Origin: Paraglomus brasilianum
Lineage: Eukaryota
Reading direction: 5' to 3'
Length of the DNA stretch: 33,302 nucleotides
NCBI GenBank assembly: GCA_910592345.1
Contig: CAJVPI010000361.1
Location: 1-33,302 of the forward strand
Part shown: piece by piece, positions 1 to 10,428 of the stretch
How the letters are laid out: every line of letters begins with the position of its first letter
How positions within the stretch are numbered: position 1 is the stretch's first letter
Position numbers and translations under genes: made by a program
Notes under the pieces: model-generated
Databases searched by the model: none
The model's input: the letters and a program-made list of their open reading frames with translations, nothing else
What the model was told of the DNA's origin: nothing

Positions 1-194
1 TGAGTTTATTGGTTGTAACAACGCCTATACTGCCGTTAAAGTACTGTACATTACTCGTACACCAGATAGAAGTATCGAAGCGGGGCGCTGAAATTGAGCA
101 TAACTTTTTTTTATAAGATAAACGCAGAATTTATTGTAAATTATAGGAAAGGCGACAATATAAGAGTTTAAACGGCATTTCGGATGAATGCAAG

Positions 195-465
195 TCGAAA
201 TCATAACTGTTTCTTGATTTCTAGTGGTAAAATGTTTACTAGAATATTTACTCTCCTTTTCGAGACTTGATAAAGGTCTTACGTCACTATGATAGATGGA
301 TGGTATTCCATGCGTCGTCTTGTGTCTTTACGGTTAAACCGTAGAGATGCGTATACGACGTATTGTTGGATGCAAGTTTCTTATATGCCTCTGGTGCCGA
401 ATCGGGCATCGGTGGTTGTAGTCCGCCCATAATATTGCATACTAAATCCTTATTGAAGTGTCTCT
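195..465 (-). pseudogene. Degenerate fragment of the kinase C-lobe/tail, paralogous to ~2310-2640
   Basis: Translates FNKDLVCNIMGGLQPPMPDSAPEAYKKLA versus FDRDLICDIMGGLRPTMPDSAPEGYKKLA in 2267..3088. DNA similarity continues through the KPLSRLEKESKYSSK region, with indels. Confidence 0.85.
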
Positions 466-494
466 CTAAAATATGGCTCATCGAATACATAATA

Positions 495-676
495 CAGTCG
501 AACCCCGTTATAACGAAGAGGTCGGGAACATAAGGCAAAATTTCCAAGAAATTCGGTATAACGAGGTTCAATTAATAAATTCGGTATAACGGTTTAAATT
601 TGCTATAGACGTTTCTGCAGTTACCTTCGGTATAGCGAGTTTTTACTTAGTCCTTCGGTATAACGGGGTTCGACTG
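495..676. mobile_element. 182-bp MITE, Tc1/mariner-pogo (Tigger-like) type
   Basis: 24-bp TIRs CAGTCGAACCCCGTTATA(A/C)CGAAG with 1 mismatch. TA on both flanks (493-494, 677-678). Internal repeats of TTCGGTATA(A/G)CG. Confidence 0.9.
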
Positions 677-689
677 TATTGACTTATTA

Positions 690-942
690 TTATGTATCAT
701 TTCCACTAGTATAAGCATCCAGATATTCTTACCACGGATGTTTGTGTAACCATCGGATTCACATATGATGCAAGTAAACAAAAGTATTGTCTAATAAAGG
801 AACGTTGGGGATATCCATTATGTCTGGCATGTACGGAACCATTAGAACCTAGAATATGTGCATTCTGTCTTCATTGTAAAACACCAAGACCTCTTGATTG
901 GACGGGCAATAAGTCTTTAGATTCATTTATAATGGAGTCATG
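690..942 (+). pseudogene. Inverted degenerate copy of kinase exon 2 (paralogous to ~3810-4060, minus strand)
   Basis: Shares ataagcatcca.atattcttaccac, accatcggattcacata, gcaagtaaaca.aagtattgtctaataaa and aagtctttagattcatt.ataatgga with the reverse complement of 3810-4060. Confidence 0.85.
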
Positions 943-2266
943 TCAATCAAGCAATAAATGGTACTCAAAGACAATACTTTACCTCCTTTCACTTATTAGC
1001 GTATGTCAGTGGCAGATGCGCCTAATACTATGGTATTATTTCACCGCAAGAGTTAGCCCGTTATTCCGTTGAGCCTTAGACCAAATCCCACACAGGAAAG
1101 ATCCCCGAATATCTGTTGTTATATTCCTACTTTGGAATAACTACTCTAGTGTATTACAATTGTACTGACATCGAGATGGCGTTTAAAAAGTTCTTGCAAA
1201 GTGCTTGCCAATTATGGGTTTGACAGATTTTTCCAAACCAGGATAAATAAAATAAAAGGTTTGGTCACGATCTTCAAAACTTTGGTTTGAATCTGTAGTT
1301 GTTGAGATATTCTCGTTCCTAAAACTAATGACTGATTTTTCACGTAAACAATTTCGATTCTACATTTTTATTTGAGTGGAAATTGGAGCAGAGAGGCTAG
1401 AAAATTTATAAGAAGCCGGTGAATGCTTGTATCGTGATAATGCATCGCCATTACGTACAGTTTACTATTGGATTAAGAGTTTTGGAGGTAGTAAAGATGT
1501 CTCGATCTGGGAGGCACTAACATCCTTCCTAGTAGTATCCACAAGAGTATCATAAGTCTTTTGAATATTGGCGGATGAGGTTGCAACGTTGCATAGATGT
1601 AAGGGGAGACTATTTTAAAGGGTTAGCTTAATAACATTCAAAGTTATTATTATTATGTAGTTTGTTGAAATAAGGCTATTTTGCAAAACCTTTTTAAACG
1701 CCCCACGTAAACTCGTCATGATACGGCTATAGGATTTAGCAGAAACATCATATGACGTTGCCGTTTCGTTACAAGGCATCACCACTAATCAACCTTAAAC
1801 AAAGTCAAGAATGCTGGCTCCTCGACCTATACAATAAATGAATTGAATGACGCATCATCGACACTTATTCCGGTTAAACCAGTTGAAAATAAGCCGCCCA
1901 GTTCAGAATTGGTAATAAAAAGACTATGGTGATAAAAATAAAGTTTCAATATACTACACAAACTGCTGTCTTTTTTCTTCTGACAGTGTTTCATCTTTCG
2001 AACACCCGGTTCCGTCTTTATTGACTCTTTTGGCGATATTAACTTGAAGTCGCTGAAAAGAAACATAATATAATATATAGTTTAATGTAGAACTACAAAC
2101 GAGTAATGTAATAAGCACAAACATATCGTATTTATTGTAGGAGAGCTAAACCGTTGAATAAACTCATAAATAAGCTGTAAATTACAAGTTTATTCAAAAA
2201 AAGTTCGAGTCACAGTCACTAAATTAATAAGATAATGGACGATGTTAATATTGTAATTTGACTTTG

Positions 2267-4775
2267 TTATATCAACACATAGTCAATTCTCGTATTCATA
2301 CCTGCAGCTGAATCCAAATCATAGCTATTTCTCGGTTTAGGTAAATCCTTAGTAGGTAAGAGCTTACTAGAGTATTTACTCTCCTTCTCGAGACGTGATA
2401 AAGGTTTTACATCATTGTGATAAACGGCATTCCATGTGTTGTCATCAGAATTGTCCCTGTCCACCTCTTTAATAAGCTTGTGAATATAATCGTCAAGTTC
2501 CTTTGCATCTGGACGCTTATCAGGATCAGCATCACAACACCGCTCGGCAAGTTTCTTGTATCCCTCCGGTGCGGAATCAGGCATCGTTGGCCGTAGTCCA
2601 CCCATAATATCACATATTAAATCTCTATCAAATGATCTATATCTAAAAGGTGGTTCACCAGTGGCAATTAAACATACAGTAATACCAAAAGAATACACAT
2701 CTGATTTCTGAGTAAATTTGCAGGTATGGAAGACTTCCGGTGCAATAAAGGGTAAGACGCCTCGGATGTTTGAATGTGACTCGCGTGAGCTCGTTGATCG
2801 TGACAAACCAAGGTCGCATATGAATAGAGCCCTATTACTATCATGCAAAATGTTTCCGCCATGAAGATCACAATGCACTAATCCCGCATTATGAATACGT
2901 TTCAAATAAAATGCAATCCCCCTCAAACGCCGTAATTTCATGTACCACGTCAATTTGTTAATATTTTGATCCAAATAAGACAAAAGACTACCATTGTTAG
3001 CATATTCCATAACAATCATGTCATGTACCCTTTTGTTTCTGGGTCTTGTGTGACTCCATAGAGAGCAAGGAAAGAATAAACATTGCACTTGGCATGATTT
3101 CTGAACTATTAAATGAAAACAAATACAGAGTTAGATTAAAATATTGCATTAGTTAATTATATCAAAAATTCTTACCTCGGAAATAAATAGTTCCGGCGTT
3201 TTATCAAAATCTTTGAAGCGTTTAAGTACAACAGTTTCTTGCATATACCTTACTTCTGAATACTTTTTATACTTGGCAGTATAAACTTTTCCATAACCAC
3301 CAGATCCAATCTCTTTAATCTCTTCAAAGTCACCATATTGCATACACTTAGCAAATCCATCAAGTCGTATAAATCTGTCCAATATTGCATGTATGTCATA
3401 GTAGAAAACTAAATAATATTTTCGCGATGATGGTTCTTGAGTGAATCCAATTATCCAAATATTATTGGGGGTTAATATCTCCGGGTAATCTGTAATTAGC
3501 TATTTAATAAAAAAACAATCATTACATCAATAATCGATTAAACGCATTACAAACACGCAACGCTAACAACGCTATTTGCATTGTATACTATTACACATGA
3601 AAGAATTTACCTGATAAAAATCAAACGACTGCGCATCAACTATCGGTTTGAGTATCACTCTTGTCGATTCACTTGTTGTCGGTTCTAGCCAATCTGCTGT
3701 ATGTGTGCATTCGTGGCGTAATGATGTCATCGCTCGTAAGTTTGTCAATAGAGAGTATTCAATCCATTGTATATAGGCATCATCTATTCCCGTCATATTA
3801 CTCCATGATTCCATTATGAATGAATCTAAAGACTTGTTGCCCGTAGTCCAATCGAGAGGTGCTGGTGCTTTACACCGATAACAGAATGCATTTCTGTTGA
3901 GTTCTAATCGACATGTACACCCCCGACATAATCCATCATCACACTTTTCTTTTATTAGACAATACTTCTGTTTACTTGCATTGTATGTGAATCCGATGGT
4001 AACCCAAACATTTGTGGTAAGAATATTTGGATGCTTATCACATAACTAGTGGAAATGTTTCGTCAATAACTGAATAATTTAATAAACGTGATGCATAATT
4101 GAATAGTTTACCTTGTCATAATATAAATCATGTGTCTCAAGTGTAGTCAATGTAACTTGTGCATAAGGAGTAGGTAGACCAAGTAAGCGTCCTTCATTAT
4201 CTCCCCAATCGTTAATACAATAAAATGGAATCCATTCCAAATAGGCATGATTTGGTGAGTTTGTTTGTAATTGAGATTTATTAATAAACTCATCGAGTTG
4301 CTTATTGTTGCTAGTCCATCCATCGGATAATTGTTTATGCCCGCAAACGCACCACACGGGAGTATTCCACATGCAGTGCAGAAGCCATATCGAGAATAAC
4401 AATCGTAAAACTTTCTATCGGCAACCATGTAATAGCTATCATCATACTTGGTAAATCCCTTTATGAGTTTGTTGCGCTCCTTAAGCCAAGTGGAAAATCT
4501 TCTGAACTGGTTAACTCGTTATTGTACTCGTCTGTCGGAAGTGAGTATATTCTGGTAAATGTACTCACGGAAGCTGGTGTACATTCTTCACTATTTCCAA
4601 GGAATAGCAACATTATCATCGTTTCTTTAATTCTACCAAGCCGTTCATATTTGCGATTAGCGTAATAGATAGCGTCTGTTGGAGTTGACTTAATATCGGT
4701 GATTTCAGAACAAGGAATCCATTCAAGATTACTTATCGATGAGGATTGAATCAAGCTGTCAATTGTCCCCGACAT
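2267..4775 (-). pseudogene. Multi-exon tyrosine-kinase-like (TKL) protein kinase of the Glomeromycota-expanded type, frameshifted
   Basis: Motifs GSGGYGKVY, VVLK, HCDLHGGNIL, DLG, APE and DVYSFG, plus N-terminal WTSxNxxLDxFI...EWIP repeats. GT-AG introns near 4110-4050, 3611-3500 and 3175-3106. Frameshifts near 4513, near 4365 and at a 5-bp duplication (3017-3026). The 3' end is uncertain because of a possible donor at 2301. Confidence 0.85.
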
Positions 4776-4879
4776 TGTTCTGAAACAAAAGATTTTCGGT
4801 ACATAAAACACAAAATCACACTCGCTTCAAAAAGGTAATGAGACGACGATCTGCGTTAAGCAAGGGCAAACGATTGCTA

Positions 4880-5500
4880 ACTAAGCAACTTTGTATAGTG
4901 TGTCAGTGTACGAAAAAAGACTTTCCAATTTTGCAGGCCAACTCTGGAAAGGCTTCTCATAGTCGGCTTTTGGAATAGTTTTCAGCAACTGCCTGAACAG
5001 CCCTTGCCAAATTTTCGACCTTATAAAATCTTTTTCCCTTCAGTTCTTTTTTGATTCGGGGGGATAAGAAAAAAAATCACAAGTAGCAAGGTCTGGCCTG
5101 TATGGGCAGGTGGGGAAGAAGTTCCACCGGTTCGTTATTAAGATACCCGTTATGATCGTTACCTTTCTTTCTGGGGGCTCAGCTCATTATGCAAACGTAG
5201 GAAATTCTTTCACGAGAAATGCCGATTATTCTTTAATAGAAATGTGCGGGTTATTTCCTCGACCTTGGCAATTTTCTCTGACGTCACTGCTTCGCGAGGA
5301 CGTCCAGAACGCCTTGTCTTTAATTTCTTCTTCCTCGTCTTTGAATATAGCAATCCAGTGCTGATAGACAATGCTTGTTCTCGTTCTACACGTTCGCCAA
5401 CTCTTCGTGGATCTGACTCGCATTCATTTCCGCTATTTTTCCAGGAAGCGAAAATAAAGTATTGTTGGTTCTCGCGGCTTATTTTTTTTCCCAATCGATT
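4880..5500 (-). mobile_element. Internally deleted, degenerate mariner transposase relic
   Basis: Across frameshifts: N-terminal ASQIHEELANV...WIAIFKDEEEEIKDK-RSGRPREAVTSEKIAKVEE, then ELLPHLP-YRPDLATCDFF (HPPYSPDLAPxDFF motif), RIKKELKGKRF and LKTIPKADYEKPFQSW. The central catalytic core is absent and TIRs were not identified. Confidence 0.8.
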
Positions 5501-6519
5501 TACTGTGGTTTACAAAAAAAATTGGGTTTCGACAATGAGGTAATGAATTGGCCTCAACTATTTTTCAGCATGCCGCATTTATGATTATTCCCATTTTAGT
5601 CAATCTCAGCCAATAACCTTACTCACTTTTTGTCTGCTTGTTTTTAGCATTAGTTGCTCGGATCATCTGTAAATCATGTCGATCACAAATTAATTATAGT
5701 AATAGCACACGTCAATGAAATAGACAATCTGGACATTTCACAAATCATTTTTGTTTGCAAGTAGTACCAACTCACAACCTCCCCTTGACCTCCCCAATCG
5801 GCTTCTACGTTCCATATCCAGTTGTTACCGCAAGTCCCCTCCTTCAATGACATCACTTTGGACGTTTACTTTCACTTCACAGCATAGATTTGCAGATCGA
5901 CCCCCTGGATCTCCCCTAGCGGAATACAATCTACTTTTATTCTCTTCTTTTACAGATGTAGATAGATAAAAACAGCTTAAACTGGGCTTTAGCGAGCACC
6001 TCGTTGTGAATAAAAAGTTCCTCGTGCTGATTATAATCATTATAAAATTTATTTTTTTTGTCTTAATCATAATTAACCATCAACGGAATTGATCTGATGG
6101 TCACTGGAGAACCCATAATAATAAAATGTTGGAAGACACATATTGTTTCACATATACATAATTTCAGTCAATACGTTACATAAGGGTGGCAACATTTGAC
6201 GACAAATATTCCCCAACATTATTTCGAAGTTGTCCTTTCTCGGTGGTTGATTGTCAGTGAAATGAATCGGACCCTGTTACGTATTGGTTTCAGAAATGCT
6301 CTGATATAGAACATTTATTTTATTGTAATAGCTTTTAATAAATTATTATTATTATTATCAAAAACGGGTAATCATAAAATGTTTTCTATTTTGAGGCTTG
6401 GGGGATCACATATAAACAAAGCATTGCTATTTAAACATTAGCCAATAACAATCTGTATTGTCTTGAACTTATACTCAAAAAGTCGAAACAACAATGTCGA
6501 TGATAGAAGTATTTTTAGG

Positions 6520-6745
6520 TTTCTACATGGAAATTTCGATTTTTTCATCGAGTTATTACCAAAAAAATACAACTTAATTCAGCCGACAAGTTTATTTTAC
6601 AGAACCCATTTATTGTTATGGTTATTCCTCTTTTTTTTCTAGATTATGAAACATGCATACTATCGCATCGGTGTCTGCATGGAAATTTCGACGGTTTCAT
6701 TGAGTTATTGCTAAATCGGCCAATAAGTTTCTTTACAGAATTTTT
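6520..6745 (+). repeat. Diverged direct repeat pair about 152 bp apart
   Basis: CATGGAAATTTCGA..TTTCAT.GAGTTATT at 6526 and 6678, each followed by a similar AAGTTT..TTACAGAA. Confidence 0.6.
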
Positions 6746-7613
6746 ACAGAATTCTTTTTTAGACAACAAGCTCATGAGCCACACATATTCTCGCACCAGA
6801 ATTTAATGTATAGTATTTTTAAAGGATGCTTTTCAATTATAGACAAGCGAAAAAATAAAAATAAAATAGATGCTTAATGTCAACCATGACGTCTGTTCTG
6901 ATTGAGTAAGAAGAGCAAGAAATTAGACATTGAGATTACGTACACAATTTCTGTCACATTTATCTAGTTATTCGAGAATATTCATTCACGTTTAGATAAT
7001 ATGTAATAGTCATATAAACGTAGTTATGTTGTGTCAGTTCAGAACCCAGACACTCGGTCCAGAACTCAGTTGTCTCAGTCCAGGTCCCCAACTGAGATAC
7101 AACAGTTACACACGTAAATACGGATACATGACAAATATAGCAAGCTGCAAGTGGATCGTCGGAGCATGCACTTGTGTACAAGTTGATAAGCACTCTTTTA
7201 ATTGAAAATACTTTAGTGTATATGCAAGCACAAAACGGCGGGCGGATAGGCGAGTTGTAAGAAAATAGTGATTACTGTGATTATTGGCCGCAATTCCCAC
7301 GATCATCTATTTTATTGCCGAATTTAACAGTTATCATCGTCATCAAGCAAATGAAAAGAATTATTTTTAGCCATTATCTTTAATTGCGTATATGCGTGAA
7401 TAAAGAATGATAAGACCATGTGTTATTCAATGTTGGAAGTATGGAATACATAAAAATAGATGGAGTTAAGAATACTGTAAGTAAATACATAAGCGAAAAT
7501 GGACTAGTGGTGTAGCCAAAGTACAAATTGTTTCGACTTGCATAAAAAGTTTGCGATCTACTGCAAAAATTTATTTTAATTTGAAACAGCATGATTATAG
7601 ACCGCGACTATGC

Positions 7614-7712
7614 ATCTGTGAGTAGTACACACAAGCACGTCTTTTAAAATATCACGAATTCTAAAAAGACTTTGTTCTTACAATCGTGACTGATCTGTGA
7701 GTAGCACACACA
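7614..7712 (+). repeat. 20-bp direct repeat upstream of the secreted-protein gene
   Basis: ATCTGTGAGTAG(T/C)ACACACA at 7614-7633 and 7693-7712. Confidence 0.75.
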
Positions 7713-7960
7713 TACGCCAACAATTATGAAACAGGTTTTTTCATTGTCAACAATCGCATCAATTGTTGCTTGCTTATATTGATGCAATAAACACGCAGCT
7801 TTGTGACACGAATCTTTCAAGAGTTATTTTTAAATCATCGCGCATCAAACTCGACTTCTCTCCGTTACTATTTTTATTGATATCAAAAGATTGTAACTCG
7901 AAATACGTTTCGGGAATCGCATTTCCCGATGAGGAATACATCACTCTCGAGTCCAAAAAC

Positions 7961-7967
7961 TATAAAT
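7961..7967 (+). promoter_or_regulatory. Putative TATA box of the 8058 gene
   Basis: TATAAAT 97 bp upstream of the ATG, followed by a pyrimidine-rich tract (ctccctcctcctcacctt). Confidence 0.45.
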
Positions 7968-8057
7968 TGCCTGCGTTTCGAGTCTCCCTCCTCCTCACCT
8001 TTCCAAGGACTAAGTCAACTGGCAAGCTTATAAAGAATCCAAAAAATTTAATCCAAA

Positions 8058-8702
8058 ATGAAATCGGTCTATTTGATTTTCTTGGTTACCCTTCTCGCCG
8101 TAATTTCTACACCAGCCAATGCCTCGCCTCTTGAAAAGAGGTGGACTAATCCTAAGGATTGTTGTCCTATTGCTAAATGTGTGTTTAAAAAATTTGACAA
8201 ACCCACGAAAGTGAATGGGGTTACGTTAGGCAACAACTATCATGGCAACACATTCGACGGTTTTCTAACATTCGCAGAGTCATCCAGAAACAAAAAATTG
8301 CATATCTCTGGCTGGATTAATATTGATGGCGTAACCCCCAATCCCAATCCCTTCACCCAACCAACACCACCCGCCAATTCAGTTGAAGGATTCTATGATA
8401 TTCACGTGGCCAAATGCAATACAGCCAACTCCAATACCCCCAGCGATATTGGTGACATTGCCACCATCGACTTGGACTACGAGGGTTTCAGCAAACCAAT
8501 CATCACCTCTATACCTGATTCTGATTTAAACAGAGCCTTTGTATCAATCGAGACAATCAAAGACCAATGTTGCTTTGTCGTCGAAGAGTATGCCTCAGTT
8601 GGTCCACCACCTTCTGGTACTTCGGGTGCAAATCCCAAAAATGAAAGAATTCTCGGAATTGCACCAATAGAAATTGTCGAACGCTGCGACACCCGTCCTT
8701 AA
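8058..8702 (+). CDS. Intronless Cys-rich secreted protein, 214 aa (effector candidate)
   Basis: Intact ATG-TAA ORF with caaaATG context. Hydrophobic signal peptide ending ANA|SP and a Kex2-type LEKR site. Seven Cys including two CC pairs. AATAAA at 8751. Confidence 0.85.
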   Translation: MKSVYLIFLVTLLAVISTPANASPLEKRWTNPKDCCPIAKCVFKKFDKPTKVNGVTLGNNYHGNTFDGFLTFAESSRNKKLHISGWINIDGVTPNPNPFTQPTPPANSVEGFYDIHVAKCNTANSNTPSDIGDIATIDLDYEGFSKPIITSIPDSDLNRAFVSIETIKDQCCFVVEEYASVGPPPSGTSGANPKNERILGIAPIEIVERCDTRP

Positions 8703-9064
8703 TATTCTTCCTCTTTCTCGTATACGCCTAGTTTTACTTCGGGTAGCAGCAATAAATAGCATAGAGTTATATTAATGCAGAAAACATAGGCGGTAGATTC
8801 GATGTTGGAATTTATTTATTAATTGTTTTAGCAATTTACACTATATTGTTATCCATTGCTGTTGTTTATTTTTGATGGAATTGTAAAAAATAAAGTCAAT
8901 ATTTTTTACCAGAACTGGTCAAAGTCTGAAATTATTGATAAAATTTTATTTAAACGATACATTTATTACAAGCAACGAACAAACTTTATAATAAAGCGAA
9001 GCGGCGCGAGTAAAACGCACACATCTACGATGGGTTACAGCGTAACTATATGATTCCGTTTCAT

Positions 9065-9660
9065 CTATATCGTTATATTTATTTTATCTAAAAATACTGA
9101 TTCTTCGATATTTTTTAAATATGGTTTCTGTAATTTAATTTTTACGCAAAATGATAGATAATACGTCGAATTTAAATATGCAGATTCTTTTTTTTTTGCA
9201 GTTGATACATAGATAATCTTTCGATTTCTATAGAATCCAGTTAATAATTTGCTGTCAAAACTACCTCTCTCGATTACGTGTTCGTATAAGTTATAGTTAA
9301 AATCAATTGTTACTCGAATATTTGGATTCTTCTTAATAATGTTATAAATTGTATCATTACATAAATAATTGTTATGAATAAAAATGTCTTTGATATAATT
9401 TTTTGTGACGAAATTATCATCGCTAAAAAACTTAATTAACTTCAATGTTCTTTTCTGTTCTTTTAAACTAAAGTTTTTACCAAGTTCAATTGTTTCCAGA
9501 TGTGAAAATATGTTATTCCCGTCCATGTTCTACAAATATTTGTCAATAGTGATATAAATGTTAAAACACCATTTATGACCTTGTTTACATTTATTATTAT
9601 TATTATGATCGATAATAAATGAAATATATGTTCAGTTAATTCCGATGGTAATTTCTTTAC
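9065..9660 (-). pseudogene. F-box protein relic; the F-box is out of frame with the 153-aa ORF 9065..9526
   Basis: Reverse strand from 9660 reads KKLPSELTEHIFHLL...SLLTNICRTWTGITYFHIWK, matching the F-box pattern LPxE..IF..L...CxxW...IW. One extra A at TGGAAACA (~9495) would join it to TIELGKNFSLKEQ of the ORF. There are in-frame stops upstream. Confidence 0.65.
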
Positions 9661-9856
9661 CTTTACTTATCCGCTTATGTACTTTATTAAATTGATCTAC
9701 TTTGTTGGGATTTGATTAAATTTAGACTTTCATTCATCTTTTATATCTCAAGTATCTGTTTCGATGCGTCTAAATTGACACGATAATCTGAAATGTAATA
9801 TCTAATTTATTATTATTTTTCCGAATCAAAACTTTATAGCAATTTCTTCTGGGTAG

Positions 9857-9909
9857 CGCGGGGGTAGGCAATAGTAAAAACTATTGTCTAGTATTACCCC
9901 CCTCCCGCG
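9857..9909 (+). other. GC-rich stem-loop containing TAGTATTAC (CRESS-DNA/nanovirus origin-like)
   Basis: CGCGGGGG(9857-9864)...TAGTATTAC(9889-9897)CCCCCTCCCGCG(to 9909). Inner hairpin TAGGCAATAGT-AAAA-ACTATTGTCTA. The structure is directly visible; its function is inferred. Confidence 0.45.
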
Positions 9910-9950
9910 AGACCGCAGTTGAAGACTGCGAATAAAACAAAGGGAAAAAA

Positions 9951-10428
9951 AAACGTGCTTGTCGTTATTGTAGAACTCGATTTAAATGTTATCATGAAAT
10001 GGAAAAAATCAAAGGATTGCTCTAATTGTAATCTTAAACATCGTAAATGTAAAGACGCAGAATCATCTACAAAATGTTGGAAAAAATTTCATACATTATC
10101 CATCAAGATGAATGAACTGACGATAGGTATTTTCATTCACAAGTATACTTGTACTGTCCTGTCAAATACGTGAACCAAATTGTCTATCATTCAAACAGCT
10201 TCACAGAGTATTTGGTGAGGTGATATACACTTCATTTTGAAATTTTTTATGAAAAAGTTCTCGAATAAAACAATTATTGTAGAAAAATATTCAATCAATG
10301 TAAATTACATCACGACCCTGATCATGGAAAACCTTGTAAATGTGATTCTAATTTATCAAAATATTGCACATTATGTCCACCACCTAATGATGACAATTAC
10401 AGTAATGATGATAATAACGAAGAGATAA
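9951..10428 (+). pseudogene. Cys-rich relic with a Zn(II)2Cys6-like motif
   Basis: KRACRYCRTRFKC, a frameshift, then KDCSNCNLKHRKC. A further C/H-rich segment follows: CRKIFNQCKLHHDPDHGKPCKCDSNLSKYCTLCPPP. C2-C3 spacing is 5 rather than the canonical 6. Confidence 0.5.

Noticed and set aside
287..571. 94-aa ORF as a real gene
   Set aside because: Chimeric reading from MITE sequence into a kinase fragment.
1140..1430. Sel1-like repeat hint (DIEMAFKKFLQSA)
   Set aside because: A single weak match with no continuous frame.
7068..7103. Short hairpin GTTGTCTCAGT...ACTGAGATACAAC
   Set aside because: Imperfect and isolated, with no supporting context.
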